DNA of 64,000 nucleotides from positions 273,190 to 337,189 of the forward strand of contig CAYNHT010000001.1 in assembly GCA_964397485.1 (NCBI GenBank), in the 5' to 3' direction. Shown piece after piece: positions 9,520 to 20,650 of this stretch. Source of the DNA: an uncultured Muribaculaceae bacterium (GTDB lineage: Bacteria > Bacillota_I > Bacilli_A > RF39 > UBA660). Position 1 is the first letter of the stretch. Each line of letters opens with the position of its first letter. The notes below the pieces were generated by a model that ran no database searches, had not been told where the DNA came from, and was given only the letters and a program-made list of their open reading frames with translations. A program made the position numbers and the translations under genes.

Positions 9520-10818
9520 CTACTTATATTCTTTTAATATTTCTTCAAGTTCTTTTTTTCGAGAATCAGAAGGAGTTTTTACTTCAACTTCCTTATCAAA
9601 CCAATCTGGTCTATCTTCAACAATACGTTTTTTATATTGGATATTTGTCTTTTTTATATTATTACGGTTTTTATATTCTTTTTCGGCTAAGTTCATAGCA
9701 CCTTCAACTGTTGTTATATTACTACGGCTCCACTGAATGGCAATAGCTTCAACAAAAGGTTTATTTAACTTATTGTTATTAATTTTTAAAATGTAATCAA
9801 TTAATACATTTACAACCCCAGGATTTAGATTTAGCTCTACTAGTAAATAAGTTAGGATATCCTTATCAGTTTGAGTAATAACTCCATTACTATTTTTACT
9901 GCCAAGAAATTCTGATGGACTAGTAGTTTCAAAAGTATATATCATTTTTGCTTTTTTAGAAGTATCATTTAGATTTTTTCTTAAATATTCAGGTTGATTT
10001 TTATATGCTAAACTAGGTAGTTTACCACCATTTTCAAATTTGAAATAATTACGACAGTTGCTTTTTAGTAATTCTTTATCTATAACTTTACGATCATCTA
10101 CTGAGTTCTTTATTATTTCAACAGTATTGTCATTATCTAAACTATAAATAAAACTTAATTTATAAATTAATTCTTTCGTTTCTCTAGTTACACTCCTTGG
10201 ATTTAATAAATCTTCTGGAATAAGAGCAATAACTTCATTTAAATCAATTTTACAATTAAGTTGTAAATCTTTTTTATTTCTCCTTTTAATATCTTCAATA
10301 ATGTGTTCCATTTGAGAAGTAACAACTGGCTCAAAAACATCATTGAATAAACATGTTATGTCTTCATAGTCCTCTGTTTTTAATTTAGGAATACTAAAAT
10401 ATGCAACAGCTTTTTCATATTCTGTTTGACCAATATTATTTTGAAGTGCTACACTCAATATTGGATTATTGAAAAAATCATAAGCGCTTATTGGTGAATA
10501 TAACTCATATATATAATTATCGACACTTCCCTTTTTTACAAGTGATGTTAATAATCCTATTGCTTCTAATTTTTCTCGTGCCTCAAGAATTACTTCTAAT
10601 TTCATTCTCATGCTTGCCATTAAATGATGGTGTGTCCATTCACATGAAATAATTTCACTTTTATCCAAATATGACCACAATGTATAATATAAATTAATAG
10701 CGTCGCTTCCAACAATTGGCTGGTATAGCATTGTCAATATTCGGCGGTCTTGATCATTTAAGATAGTTTTATTAACCACAATATATGTATCAGCTGGTAA
10801 CAAATTAACTCTTCCCAT
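9520..10818 (-). CDS. dnaB: Replication initiation and membrane attachment protein DnaB (Bacillus type, DnaD-like domains).
   Basis: N-terminal 'ILTMLYQPIVGSDAINLYYTLW' parallels the B. subtilis DnaB 'IITQLYQPLIGPVAFSLYMTLW'. Confidence 0.75.
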   Translation of the reverse strand: MGRVNLLPADTYIVVNKTILNDQDRRILTMLYQPIVGSDAINLYYTLWSYLDKSEIISCEWTHHHLMASMRMKLEVILEAREKLEAIGLLTSLVKKGSVDNYIYELYSPISAYDFFNNPILSVALQNNIGQTEYEKAVAYFSIPKLKTEDYEDITCLFNDVFEPVVTSQMEHIIEDIKRRNKKDLQLNCKIDLNEVIALIPEDLLNPRSVTRETKELIYKLSFIYSLDNDNTVEIIKNSVDDRKVIDKELLKSNCRNYFKFENGGKLPSLAYKNQPEYLRKNLNDTSKKAKMIYTFETTSPSEFLGSKNSNGVITQTDKDILTYLLVELNLNPGVVNVLIDYILKINNNKLNKPFVEAIAIQWSRSNITTVEGAMNLAEKEYKNRNNIKKTNIQYKKRIVEDRPDWFDKEVEVKTPSDSRKKELEEILKEYK

Positions 10819-10901
10819 CAGAACACCTCCTATGACATAAGTATTTATCTATTTCTAGTTTATCATATTTTACGATATTAAAAAAGAAGAAAAAGATATT
10901 T

Positions 10902-11120
10902 TTAATATTTTTTTTCTTCTATATGATCATTATAAAAAATTTCATCAGGCTTCGATACAAAAATTTTAGAAATTCTAACAGCCATGTCATAAGACAGTCT
11001 CCTGTTACCATTTTCTAGTTGACAATAAAATGGCTTGCTTATATCTAGCATTTCTGCCATTTGTTTTGTCGTATATGCATTTTTATAGCGTATTTCCTTT
11101 AGTTTTCTATACATCTTCAT
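10902..11120 (-). CDS. XRE-family HTH transcriptional regulator.
   Basis: 72 aa; 'TTKQMAEMLDISKPFYCQLENGNRRLS' is an HTH_3 motif. Confidence 0.6.
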   Translation of the reverse strand: MKMYRKLKEIRYKNAYTTKQMAEMLDISKPFYCQLENGNRRLSYDMAVRISKIFVSKPDEIFYNDHIEEKKY

Positions 11121-11141
11121 CCCCCATATATTTTTAAATTA

Positions 11142-11858
11142 TTATAATAAAACATTATGATAAACATTTTGAACATCTTCTATTTCATCCAACATAGCTA
11201 TCATTTTATTAAAATGTTCTAAGTCTTCACCATCTAATGTAACTGTAGCCTTAGGTATCATTGTAATTTCTTCAACTTCAAATTCTACATTAGATATTAA
11301 TGAACTGATAACTTCTTTTATTTTATATAAATCTTGTGGATGTCCATAAATTGTAATATGATTGTCAACCACTTCAATATCATCAATATCAATTTCATTT
11401 TCGATCATAGCGTCTATAACTTCTTCTTCGCTTAGTCCCGTAAAACGTACTACACATAAATTATCATACATATGAACGACGCTTCCACTTACACCCATTT
11501 TACCATTATTTTTATTTAAAGCCGGTCTTACATAACTTAAAGTTCGATTTACATTGTCAGTAAGACAATCAACAATTACAGTAGACCCATTTGGACCGAA
11601 TAATTCATATCGTACTGATGTATAGTTTTCATCTACACCACTATTTACTTTATCAATTGCTCTTTTAATAATATCAGATGGAATTTGATCTTTCTTAGCT
11701 CTTTCAATCAATCTTTTTAAAACAGCATTTGATTCTGGAGATGTTCCACCACTTTTGGCCGCTGCATATATTTCCCTTGCATAAAGTGAATATAACTTTG
11801 CTTTAGCTGCTCCGGTTTTTTGAATACTAGCTTTTCTAACTTCATAAGCTCTTCCCAT
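11142..11858 (-). CDS. yebC: YebC/PmpR-family transcriptional regulator.
   Basis: 'MGRAYEVRKASIQKTGAAKAKLYS' is the canonical YebC N-terminus. 238 aa. Confidence 0.9.
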   Translation of the reverse strand: MGRAYEVRKASIQKTGAAKAKLYSLYAREIYAAAKSGGTSPESNAVLKRLIERAKKDQIPSDIIKRAIDKVNSGVDENYTSVRYELFGPNGSTVIVDCLTDNVNRTLSYVRPALNKNNGKMGVSGSVVHMYDNLCVVRFTGLSEEEVIDAMIENEIDIDDIEVVDNHITIYGHPQDLYKIKEVISSLISNVEFEVEEITMIPKATVTLDGEDLEHFNKMIAMLDEIEDVQNVYHNVLL

Positions 11859-11919
11859 AATCTTCCTTCTTTCTTGAAACTTAATATATTTTACAATATT
11901 TTATTTAATTTTTCAAGGA

Positions 11920-12237
11920 TTATAAATAAAAATCCATTTTTTTACTTAAGTACAACCCTTTTCCACCAAATATTGTTTTATAAAATATTTTCGATAGGTT
12001 ACTTTCGGTAAATTTTGGCCCACACTTAAATTCTATTATTTCCCCAGAATTGATACTGAAATCAATTTTTTCACTAGAAAAACTTTTACTTCTTACCATA
12101 ATAGTATGTTGTCCACTTTTTATATTCAAGTTTTTTATTTCATCGTTAGCTATTTCTAACATTTCTAAATTATCTATTATAACATCGTAAATTTCATTTT
12201 TATCTACCTCGAAATCTTCACGAATAATTTTTATCAT
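11920..12237 (-). CDS. Hypothetical protein.
   Basis: 105-aa ORF with no recognisable motif. Confidence 0.35.
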   Translation of the reverse strand: MIKIIREDFEVDKNEIYDVIIDNLEMLEIANDEIKNLNIKSGQHTIMVRSKSFSSEKIDFSINSGEIIEFKCGPKFTESNLSKIFYKTIFGGKGLYLSKKMDFYL

Positions 12238-12245
12238 ATGTTCTC

Positions 12246-12905
12246 CTATCTAGCACTTTTTTCTAGCGCATCTCTTGCCGCTTCTTGTTCTGCTTCTTTT
12301 TTGCTGTGAGCAATTCCTTTACCATATATAATATTATCTATTTTTACGATAACCGTAAACATCTTATTATGTGAAGGACCTTCCTCATTTATAACAACAT
12401 ATTCTAAACTTCTTTTGTCGGTTTGAACAAGTTCTTGCAAAGTTGATTTATAATCTCCTAAAAAGTCAATTTCGTTGCTTTCTATCATAGGGATAACATG
12501 TTTATACATAAATTCTTTAACACCTTCTAACCCTTTATCTAAAAACAGTGCTCCAATGAAAGCTTCAAAAATATCAGCAACTATTGCTTTACGATATTTA
12601 CCACCACTTTCACTTTCGCCTTTACCAAGTTTTAAATGGTCATTTAATTCTAAATTCAACGAATATTCATATAAAGCGTTTTCACATACATAATGGGCAC
12701 GCAGTTTTGTCATATCCCCTTCATCTTTATCCGTAGTCAAATATAAATATTCACTCATAACAAGTTCTAAAACAGCATCTCCTAAATATTCTAGCCTCTC
12801 ATAGCTAGCAACATTTTCCTCATTTGCATATGATGTATGAGTTAAAGCCTGTTCATATAACTGTTCATTACTAGTTTCTATTTCTAATTGTTTTAACAAT
12901 TCCAT
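12246..12905 (-). CDS. rnc: Ribonuclease III.
   Basis: 'ERLEYLGDAVLELVMSEYL' is the RNase III signature. A dsRBD lies at the C-terminus. Confidence 0.95.
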   Translation of the reverse strand: MELLKQLEIETSNEQLYEQALTHTSYANEENVASYERLEYLGDAVLELVMSEYLYLTTDKDEGDMTKLRAHYVCENALYEYSLNLELNDHLKLGKGESESGGKYRKAIVADIFEAFIGALFLDKGLEGVKEFMYKHVIPMIESNEIDFLGDYKSTLQELVQTDKRSLEYVVINEEGPSHNKMFTVIVKIDNIIYGKGIAHSKKEAEQEAARDALEKSAR

Positions 12906-13014
12906 AATATCACCTAACTTATTATATCATATATATCCTTAAGAATATAATACTAATTAGTAAAAATATTTTACTTTTAAAGATAATTTTAGTATAATGT
13001 ATGTGGTGTTATAA

Positions 13015-13251
13015 ATGAAAAATATTTTAATTAAATTAATAAAAGTATACCAAAAAATCCCAGGAAACTTCCACAACAGTTGCCGTCACATTCCAACGTG
13101 TTCTAACTATGGAATTGAAGCTATTAATGAATATGGTAGTATTAAAGGAAGTTATTTAACTTTTATAAGAATTTTAAAATGTACTCCTTGGGGTACAAGT
13201 GGTTATGATCCAGTTATTAAGAAGGAGAGAAAGAATGAAAAAAATAATTAG
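13015..13251 (+). CDS. yidD: Membrane protein insertion efficiency factor YidD.
   Basis: '[45 protein letters not shown]'. Confidence 0.85.
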   Translation: MKNILIKLIKVYQKIPGNFHNSCRHIPTCSNYGIEAINEYGSIKGSYLTFIRILKCTPWGTSGYDPVIKKERKNEKNN

Positions 13252-14101
13252 TCTAACTTTATTAGTTGTTATAGCCTTAAGTTTAACAGGGTGTTTAAAA
13301 AGAGATAATTTAGAAGATATTGATATATATACTACAGCTTATCCAATTGAATATATTACCAAGCGACTTTATGGAACTCACAGCAATGTATATAGTATTT
13401 ACCCAGATGGTATTAATATAGAAGATTATTCCTTAACAGATAAGCAAATTAAGGATTACAGTAGATCTAGTTTATTTATTTTTAATGGACTTAGCAAAGA
13501 AAAAGATTATGTTGTTCCTATGTTTAATCATAACAAGAAAATAAAAATAATTGATACAACTTTAACTTTAGATTATTCTAATGATATTGCAGAATTATGG
13601 TTAGATCCATCTAATTTCCTTATGTTAGCCCAAAATATTCGTACTGGTTTTAAAGAGTATATTAATAATCATTATTTAAAAAATGAAATTGATGAGAGAT
13701 ATGAACAAATCAAAGTTGATGTATCTAATTTGGATGCTAAATTGAAATTGATGATAGAAAGTGCTAGTAATAAAACAATTGTTGTAAGTAACGATTTATT
13801 TAAGTTTCTAGAAAAATATGATTTTAATGTTATATCTTTAGAAGAAAATGAAAATTTAACTGATAAAAGAATTGCCGATGTTAAAGAGATGATAAAAAAT
13901 AATCAAATAGAATATATTTTCTTAAAACAAAATGAAGAAATTAATGAGACAATCAAAAAAATTAAAGAAGAAACTAATGTTCAATTAGTAACTCTTCATA
14001 CTTTATCTAACATTAGTGAACTTGATAGAAATTCTAATAAAGATTATATATCTATTATGAATGAAAATATGGAATTATTAAAAAATGAATTATACGATTA
14101 A
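13235..14101 (+). CDS. ZnuA/TroA-like (cluster A-I) metal-binding lipoprotein.
   Basis: Lipobox 'LSLTGC' after '[12 protein letters not shown]'. RBS 'gaaggagag'. 'ELWLDPSN' resembles the ZnuA 'HIWLDP' motif. Confidence 0.55.
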   Translation: MKKIISLTLLVVIALSLTGCLKRDNLEDIDIYTTAYPIEYITKRLYGTHSNVYSIYPDGINIEDYSLTDKQIKDYSRSSLFIFNGLSKEKDYVVPMFNHNKKIKIIDTTLTLDYSNDIAELWLDPSNFLMLAQNIRTGFKEYINNHYLKNEIDERYEQIKVDVSNLDAKLKLMIESASNKTIVVSNDLFKFLEKYDFNVISLEENENLTDKRIADVKEMIKNNQIEYIFLKQNEEINETIKKIKEETNVQLVTLHTLSNISELDRNSNKDYISIMNENMELLKNELYD

Positions 14102-14208
14102 AACAACATTTGTTGTTTTAATTTGTATTTTTTTAATCAATATATTGACATGTTTGAATATATAATGTAAAATTATATTCGTACCTGTTAATGTATATGG
14201 AGCAGTAC

Positions 14209-14289
14209 TCAAGAGGCTGAAGAGGCGCCCCTGCTAAGGGTGTAGATCGGGTAACCGGTGCGAGGGTTCAAATCCCTCCTGCTCCGCCA
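14209..14289 (+). tRNA. tRNA-Ser(GCT), with CCA.
   Basis: Cloverleaf with a long variable arm and anticodon loop 'ctgctaa'. Confidence 0.9.
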
Positions 14290-14301
14290 CTAAAGAAAAT
14301 T

Positions 14302-14331
14302 AAACCGTTGATTAAATTCAACGGTTTTTTC
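14302..14331. terminator. Bidirectional rho-independent terminator serving tRNA-Ser and asnB.
   Basis: Hairpin 'aaaccgttgattaaattcaacggtttttt'. Confidence 0.7.
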
Positions 14332-14335
14332 TTGT

Positions 14336-15928
14336 TTATTTACCACTATCACCATAATTTGATAAAACTCTTGCTGATGGATCTTTTATATCATTTCCAA
14401 CCCATTGTTTATTAGGCATCCAAAAATCTTTTATCATATTTGCTCTATTTTTATAATGTTGTTCAAATATATCTCTATACATTAATGATTCTTTGGTAAA
14501 TGGTGGACAATGATAAGCATATTTTTCATTAGCGTTTAAAACATCTTGATCTGTATATAAGGCTTCAGCATGCTCCTTTAAATAATCCACTAATGAGTGC
14601 CCTACTGCATCACTAAAAGCAGCTTTTTCACGCATTAAAATAGATTCTGGTAAGTAATCACCAACAAATGCTTTTCTAAGTAAATATTTGCCTTTATTAT
14701 ACTTGTTAATCTTATGTTTAGGATCAATTCCCATAACATAATCTACAAAAGCTAAATCTCCAAAAGGTACTCTTCCTTCAAGACCATTACTAGATATACA
14801 ACGGTCTGCTCTTAATACATCATACATATATAATTCTCTCACTCTTTTTTCAGCTTCCTTTTGAAACTCTAGTGGGGTTGGTGCAAAATCAGTATACTTA
14901 TATCCAAATATTTCATCACTAACCTCACCTGTCATTAGAACCCTAACATCAGTATTATTACGAATATATTTACATATTAAATACATTCCAATTGATGCTC
15001 TAATAGTTGTAATATCAAAAGTTTCTAATACCCTAATAACTTCATTTAAAGAACCTATTACATCATCTTTATTTATAATTACTTCTGTATGATCACTATC
15101 AATATAATCGGCAACTATTTTAGCGTACTTCAAGTCAATAGCATCAGTCTCCATTCCAACGGCAAATGTCCTTATTTTTTTGTTATGTTTTTTTAAATAG
15201 TCTGCAGCTATTGCACATACTAAACTAGAATCCAGTCCTCCACTTAATAAAAAACCTAACGGAGCATCAGCATCTAATCTTTTTACAACACCATCATATA
15301 ATCTTTTTTGTATTCCTGATGTAATTTCCTCGAGTGATGCATCAATATGTAGACTTGATATTGAAGCATCATGATACTTAATAAATTGTTCCTTATAATA
15401 GTAACTACCTACTGGAAATGGTTGTACTTCATCACATAGTTCTGTCAAGGCTTTAGCTTCACTAGCAAACATTATTTGTTTGTTATTTTTTGAATAACCA
15501 TAAAATAACGGTCTAATTCCTATTGGATCACGTGCCGCTATAATTTCTTTTTCTACATCATCATATAAAACTAAAGCAAATTCTGCATCTAACATTTTAA
15601 ACATGTCAAACCGATACTTCTCATATAATGGCAGCAATACTTCACAATCACTACTAGAATGAAAAGTATATTCATTTAAGTATTTTTCTTTTAAATCACG
15701 ATAGCGATATATTTCACCATTACAAATTATTCTTTTTTTACCTAGTTCAAATGGTTGCATTCCATCTTCACTTAAATCCATAATTGCTAAACGATGAAAT
15801 CCCCATATTCCACTATCATCTTTTACTACTTTAGTCATATCAGGTCCACGGTATTGAATTTTGGAAAATCCTTTCGAAAACTCTTGTTCCGATATTGTTT
15901 TGTCACTACTATACATTATACTACACAT
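14336..15928 (-). CDS. asnB: Asparagine synthetase B (glutamine-hydrolysing).
   Basis: Start 'MCSIMY' with an N-terminal Cys nucleophile. 'LSGGLDSS' PP-loop. RBS 'aaaaggaggaa'. The upstream part of ORF 14336..15967 lacks an RBS. Confidence 0.9.
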   Translation of the reverse strand: MCSIMYSSDKTISEQEFSKGFSKIQYRGPDMTKVVKDDSGIWGFHRLAIMDLSEDGMQPFELGKKRIICNGEIYRYRDLKEKYLNEYTFHSSSDCEVLLPLYEKYRFDMFKMLDAEFALVLYDDVEKEIIAARDPIGIRPLFYGYSKNNKQIMFASEAKALTELCDEVQPFPVGSYYYKEQFIKYHDASISSLHIDASLEEITSGIQKRLYDGVVKRLDADAPLGFLLSGGLDSSLVCAIAADYLKKHNKKIRTFAVGMETDAIDLKYAKIVADYIDSDHTEVIINKDDVIGSLNEVIRVLETFDITTIRASIGMYLICKYIRNNTDVRVLMTGEVSDEIFGYKYTDFAPTPLEFQKEAEKRVRELYMYDVLRADRCISSNGLEGRVPFGDLAFVDYVMGIDPKHKINKYNKGKYLLRKAFVGDYLPESILMREKAAFSDAVGHSLVDYLKEHAEALYTDQDVLNANEKYAYHCPPFTKESLMYRDIFEQHYKNRANMIKDFWMPNKQWVGNDIKDPSARVLSNYGDSGK

Positions 15929-16200
15929 ATTCTTTCCTCCTTTTTTATATAAAAAAACAGTTATCATCCCTATAGGGACGAATAACTGTTATATCCGCGG
16001 TACCACCCAATTTATCATATTACTATGATCACTCTTGACTCAATTAAGTCTAGTATTTGATAACGGATTACAACCCGGCTTAGTCTACTCAGTTTATTTT
16101 CGGTAAGCAACTCAGAAGTGTTATTCATATTATTTTAATTGTTAGTTTTCCACTATCTCTAACTCACTATAAATCAGTCATAATATTACTTCTCTTCTTC
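15929..16200 (-). promoter_or_regulatory. T-box riboswitch leader of asnB.
   Basis: Minus-sense 'AATTGGGTGGTACCGCGG' (plus 15994-16011) is a near-perfect T-box. It is followed by the terminator 'aacagttattcgtccctatagggatgataactgttttttt' and then the RBS. Confidence 0.8.
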
Positions 16201-16205
16201 AATGT

Positions 16206-16234
16206 TCATAATTTAATTATATCATATTTTATGC
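16206..16234 (-). promoter_or_regulatory. Sigma-A promoter of the asnB leader.
   Basis: Minus-sense TTGACA, a 17-nt spacer, then TATAAT. Confidence 0.6.
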
Positions 16235-16343
16235 AATTTGTCAAAATGACATTACAAATGATTACGTATAATGACTAGATAAAAACAAACTATTTTTTTA
16301 CACAAAAAAACCTTTATTACTAAAGGTTCTAATTATTAATTTT

Positions 16344-16419
16344 GGTGACCCGTATGGGATTCGAACCCATGAATGCTGCCGTGAAAGGGCAGTGTGTTAA
16401 GCCGCTTCACCAACGGGCC
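16344..16419 (-). tRNA. tRNA-Glu(TTC).
   Basis: Anticodon loop 'ctttcac' in the reverse complement. The 3' end 'cacca' is encoded. Confidence 0.85.
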
Positions 16420-16429
16420 AAAAATAAAA

Positions 16430-16506
16430 TGGCGCCTCAAGTAGGATTCGAACCTACGACCCCTTGATTAACAGTCAAGTGCTCTAACCGACTGAGCTAT
16501 TGAGGC
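16430..16506 (-). tRNA. tRNA-Asn(GTT).
   Basis: Anticodon loop 'ctgttaa' in the reverse complement. Full cloverleaf. Confidence 0.85.
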
Positions 16507-16515
16507 AATCATAAG

Positions 16516-16592
<77 letters not shown>

Positions 16593-16828
16593 ATCAAAAT
16601 TTTTGATGACTATTTCAGTATACATTATTTTGATAATTTTGGCAAGACTTTTTTTTACTTTTTTTAAAATTATATGCCATTACCATTTTTTTATAAACGT
16701 TGTTTATTATTAATATGCCTATTTTTTTCAAGGCCATGAATATTATAAACTATAAAAAAATTAATTGCAACACTTTTTTTATATTTTTTAAATATTTAAA
16801 AAGAAGAACCTTTAATGGTTCTTCCTTA

Positions 16829-17632
16829 TTATATTTTCATGTCTCTTCTTTTATAACTTTTATACATTAGTACAAGACAACTAGTTACTATAATAAATGT
16901 CAAAAAGATGTAGCCTAAATTTATATTACCATTTAATAATAACATTTTTCCATCAAAATATTTAAACGGTGATAAAAACCTTAATATTTCAAAACTTTCA
17001 TTCATGTCTACTATAATTGAAATAAAGAATGATGATAATAAAATACTCATTGTTATCATTCCTGATTTTTTAGGATTTTTATTTATTGATGCTGCTAATG
17101 CACCTATACACATAAATATTATTTGGATAAAAAACAGTCCAATCATAAAAAGTAGCATTGATGTAAATATTGAATCACTTGATATTCCTTTAATTACTAT
17201 AAACGAAGGAATAAAAATAGCTAGATTCATAATTATAACATTAGTTAATGCTGCTAATAATTTAGATGTTATAATTTTATTTCTCGTAACAGGTTTAACT
17301 AGTAAAAACTCAACGGTTCTATCTCTTTCTTCTTTTGCAATAATACCAGATCCTATCATACCTGCATGTATAGCTGCCATTAAGGCTAAATAGAAAAATA
17401 GTACTGAGTAATAACCCATTGGTGATGTTATATCTAACATCGATAATCCCCACATTGATTGTAAAAACTTAGGCATGGCTTCAAGCATTTCAATTAACTC
17501 TGCTCCTCCACCCTCTACTCCAATTAATGCATCATATTTTTGCATACTCATAGCAATAAATATCAACATCGATATAGACCATATAATAATTGATTTTCTA
17601 TGAGCTTTTAACTCTCTTAAATAAATATTCAT
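16829..17632 (-). CDS. ABC-2 family transporter permease.
   Basis: 267 aa with six predicted TM helices. Lies in an operon with an ABC ATPase. Confidence 0.65.
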   Translation of the reverse strand: MNIYLRELKAHRKSIIIWSISMLIFIAMSMQKYDALIGVEGGGAELIEMLEAMPKFLQSMWGLSMLDITSPMGYYSVLFFYLALMAAIHAGMIGSGIIAKEERDRTVEFLLVKPVTRNKIITSKLLAALTNVIIMNLAIFIPSFIVIKGISSDSIFTSMLLFMIGLFFIQIIFMCIGALAASINKNPKKSGMITMSILLSSFFISIIVDMNESFEILRFLSPFKYFDGKMLLLNGNINLGYIFLTFIIVTSCLVLMYKSYKRRDMKI

Positions 17633-17641
17633 GATTACCTC

Positions 17642-18430
17642 CTATACCGAATGGATATCTTTCTTTTTATAAATTATATATGTTAATACTGTTGATGATA
17701 CTATTACAACAAAAGTAGCTAATAAGTATTTTAATTCGTAACTTGTATTTTCTATTATATACACGGAATCAAAATATTTAAAAGGATTTATTAAACGCAT
17801 TTTCTCATCAACAATTACACCTAAGGCATAAAATCCAAATACAATTGCCATTGATATAGAAATTGGTGCTTTTACTTTTGGTAATAAAACAGATACTAAA
17901 ATCCCAATAGCAAAGAAAACCAGTTGGATGATAAATACAGCACTTGTCAATAATAGAAATACACTAAAACTAAATGATGTTTTTGAAAACATTAGTAGTA
18001 ATAAATAAGCACCAAATATTAAAATCAAATTAGAAAGTGCTAATAAGGATATAGAAGCTAATAATTTAGATGTTATAATTTTCATTCTTGATAATGGTTT
18101 TGTAAACAGAAAGTCTGCTGTTTTATCTCTAATTTCTTTTGAAAGAATAGAAACACCTAAAATTGTTGCTTCCATAGCTGCACATATAGTAATAAAAGTT
18201 AATGGGAATGATGAATAATATCCTAATAGAGATCCCATTGTATTTAAATTCATTCCAAATGCATCTCTAATATTTTTAGGATAGTTTTCCATCATCTTTA
18301 TAAATGCATCCATATCTTTAAAAATAGTAGGATAAAAAGATAACATAACTAGACCTATTGATAATATAACAATTAACCAGGTTGTAATAAATTTTCTGTT
18401 TGCTTTTAATTCATACAAATATACATTCAT
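17642..18430 (-). CDS. ABC-2 family transporter permease.
   Basis: 262-aa polytopic membrane protein, paralogous to the downstream permease. Confidence 0.65.
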   Translation of the reverse strand: MNVYLYELKANRKFITTWLIVILSIGLVMLSFYPTIFKDMDAFIKMMENYPKNIRDAFGMNLNTMGSLLGYYSSFPLTFITICAAMEATILGVSILSKEIRDKTADFLFTKPLSRMKIITSKLLASISLLALSNLILIFGAYLLLLMFSKTSFSFSVFLLLTSAVFIIQLVFFAIGILVSVLLPKVKAPISISMAIVFGFYALGVIVDEKMRLINPFKYFDSVYIIENTSYELKYLLATFVVIVSSTVLTYIIYKKKDIHSV

Positions 18431-18432
18431 AT

Positions 18433-19317
18433 TTACGCCTCCTTGTTGTAGTAATGCATAAATATTTCTTCAAGATCCGGTTCATCTATCCAGATATTGT
18501 TTATCTTTGTTTCAACTACTTTCTTTAAAATGTTATTAATGTCACCTTTAAACATAAAGCTATGAATATTTCCAACTACTTTCAAGTTGTTAACACCCTC
18601 TACTTCAAAAAAATTATCATCTATTTTATCTTGTGTTTCAATTTTAATTCTCTTATAATTATCTTCATTTATTTCACTTATTTTTTCTGTTTTTATTATT
18701 TTTCCTTCTTTTATTATTGCTACTCTATCACATATTCTTTGTACCTCACTTAAAACATGTGATGAAAAGAAAATAGTCACACCTTTTTTATTTTCTTCTT
18801 TTAATAAATCGAAAAATCTTTGTTGCATTAATGGATCAAGACCACCAGTTGGTTCGTCCAAAATAAGAAGTTTAGGTTCATGAAGTAATGCTTGAACAAT
18901 ACCTACTTTCTTTTTATTCCCATATGATAAATCATCTATTTTTTTATTTAAATTTAAATCCATTGTTTTAGCTAATTCTTTTATTCTTTTTGAACAATCC
19001 TTTTTATAAAAAGATGCTGAATAATTTAATAAATCAATAACTTTCATACCTTCATAATAAAATACTTCTGATGGAAGATATCCGACTTCATTCATTATGA
19101 TTGATGAGTCTTTTATACAATCCTTACCAAAAATCGTAGCCTCACCTCTTGTTGGATGGATTAATTCTAGTAGTGTTCTGATAGTAGTACTTTTACCACT
19201 TCCATTTGGACCTATAAACCCAAATATTTCACCTTCTTTAACTTCAAAGCTGACATCAATTATACCTCTAGCCTTTCCGTAATATTTGGTTAGTTCTTTA
19301 ACTTCAATAACATTCAT
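18433..19317 (-). CDS. ABC transporter ATP-binding protein.
   Basis: Walker A 'GPNGSGKST', signature 'LSYGNKKKV', Walker B 'LLILDEPTGGLD'. Confidence 0.9.
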   Translation of the reverse strand: MNVIEVKELTKYYGKARGIIDVSFEVKEGEIFGFIGPNGSGKSTTIRTLLELIHPTRGEATIFGKDCIKDSSIIMNEVGYLPSEVFYYEGMKVIDLLNYSASFYKKDCSKRIKELAKTMDLNLNKKIDDLSYGNKKKVGIVQALLHEPKLLILDEPTGGLDPLMQQRFFDLLKEENKKGVTIFFSSHVLSEVQRICDRVAIIKEGKIIKTEKISEINEDNYKRIKIETQDKIDDNFFEVEGVNNLKVVGNIHSFMFKGDINNILKKVVETKINNIWIDEPDLEEIFMHYYNKEA

Positions 19318-19319
19318 AA

Positions 19320-19949
19320 TTACTCTCCTTTATAATATATTTTTTTCATAACTTCAATATATCGATTGAAATCATTCAACCATTTATCATATAATTCTTT
19401 ACTATATCCTGTTTGTTTTATTTTGATAGCTTCTCTATTGCCATAAGATTCAAATGTTAAGAAAATCATGTCAATTGCCACATTAGGATCTATATCACTT
19501 CTAAATTTACTTCTATCAATATCACTTAAAAGTGTAGCCATATTTTTAGAAATTATCTCCCTATTTTTTTTATTTAACTCTTTTTGTAATTCAATATCAT
19601 CACCGTATACGGTATTAATAACGAAATCATACAAATCAGGGTGTTTATCTAACAAGTCTAATTTTACTATCAATATATTTTTATACCTTTCAAATATATC
19701 TTTTTGTTCAAAATCTACTTTTTCAGAAAAATTTGTAATCATCATTTGTGTAACATAATCATAAAGATATAAGAAAAAATTCTTTTTGTTTTTAAAATAA
19801 TGATATAAAGCCCCCTTTGATATACCAGCTTGATCTACTATGTCGTCTGTAGATGCACTTTTATAAGGCTTTTTAGAAAACACACTTAATCCAGCATTTA
19901 TAATTCGTTCTTGTTTTTCTTTATCAAGTTTTAAAAAATTAGCATACAT
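19320..19949 (-). CDS. TetR/AcrR-family transcriptional regulator.
   Basis: 'STDDIVDQAGISKGALYHYFKNK' is a TetR HTH. Confidence 0.8.
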   Translation of the reverse strand: MYANFLKLDKEKQERIINAGLSVFSKKPYKSASTDDIVDQAGISKGALYHYFKNKKNFFLYLYDYVTQMMITNFSEKVDFEQKDIFERYKNILIVKLDLLDKHPDLYDFVINTVYGDDIELQKELNKKNREIISKNMATLLSDIDRSKFRSDIDPNVAIDMIFLTFESYGNREAIKIKQTGYSKELYDKWLNDFNRYIEVMKKIYYKGE

Positions 19950-20066
19950 CTTATAGCATCATCCTCTCATATTATTATGATATCATAATTGACTAGATTA
20001 GTCAATTTAATTTTATTCAGGAATAATTAGATATATTCCAAATAAAAATAAGACAATAAAATTGTC

Positions 20067-20456
20067 TTATTCAACCTCAATATTTTTCTTACTCTTTTGC
20101 ATTTCTGTTTTTGAAATTGATACTTTTAGTAACCCGTCAATAAATTCGGCTTTAATATTATCAGGGTCTACCTCGCCTACATAAAAACTTCTTTTACATT
20201 CTTGTGAATATCTTTCTTTACGAATATATGTCCTTCCTTCATCTTTCTTTTCTTCCTTTTTAGCAATAGTTATATTTAAATATCCTTTATCACATTCAAT
20301 ATTTAAATCCTCTTTTTTAAAACCGTTCGCATCCATTTCAATATAGTACTTATCACCTTGTTCATAAATATCACACTTTAAACTATTATTATCTCTTATG
20401 GTTAAAATATCATCTAGAATATCATCTAAAAAGAAATTTTTGGGTAATATGTTCAC
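20067..20456 (-). CDS. Hsp20/alpha-crystallin small heat-shock protein.
   Basis: 129 aa; 'DIYEQGDKYYIEMDANGFKKEDLNIE...AEFIDGLLKVSISK' is an ACD fold pattern. Confidence 0.75.
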   Translation of the reverse strand: MNILPKNFFLDDILDDILTIRDNNSLKCDIYEQGDKYYIEMDANGFKKEDLNIECDKGYLNITIAKKEEKKDEGRTYIRKERYSQECKRSFYVGEVDPDNIKAEFIDGLLKVSISKTEMQKSKKNIEVE

Positions 20457-20650
20457 TTTTATACCTCCTACAATATACTTTAATACGCATTAGCACTTTT
20501 AAGGGGCGCTTGCTAAAACGTATTCGATAATATTCTATTCATTAACCGAAAATATATGTCGCCGTTAATCTATTTTAATTGATTTTATAGCTATTCGTTA
20601 TTACGAATATTTTTGCTTGTTAATATACTAAATTGAGGAGGTGGATAAGT

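Noticed and set aside
13199-13234. The N-terminal extension '[13 protein letters not shown]' of the lipoprotein ORF.
   Set aside because: It overlaps yidD in another frame and has no RBS. The ATG at 13235 has a strong RBS and begins a canonical lipoprotein signal.
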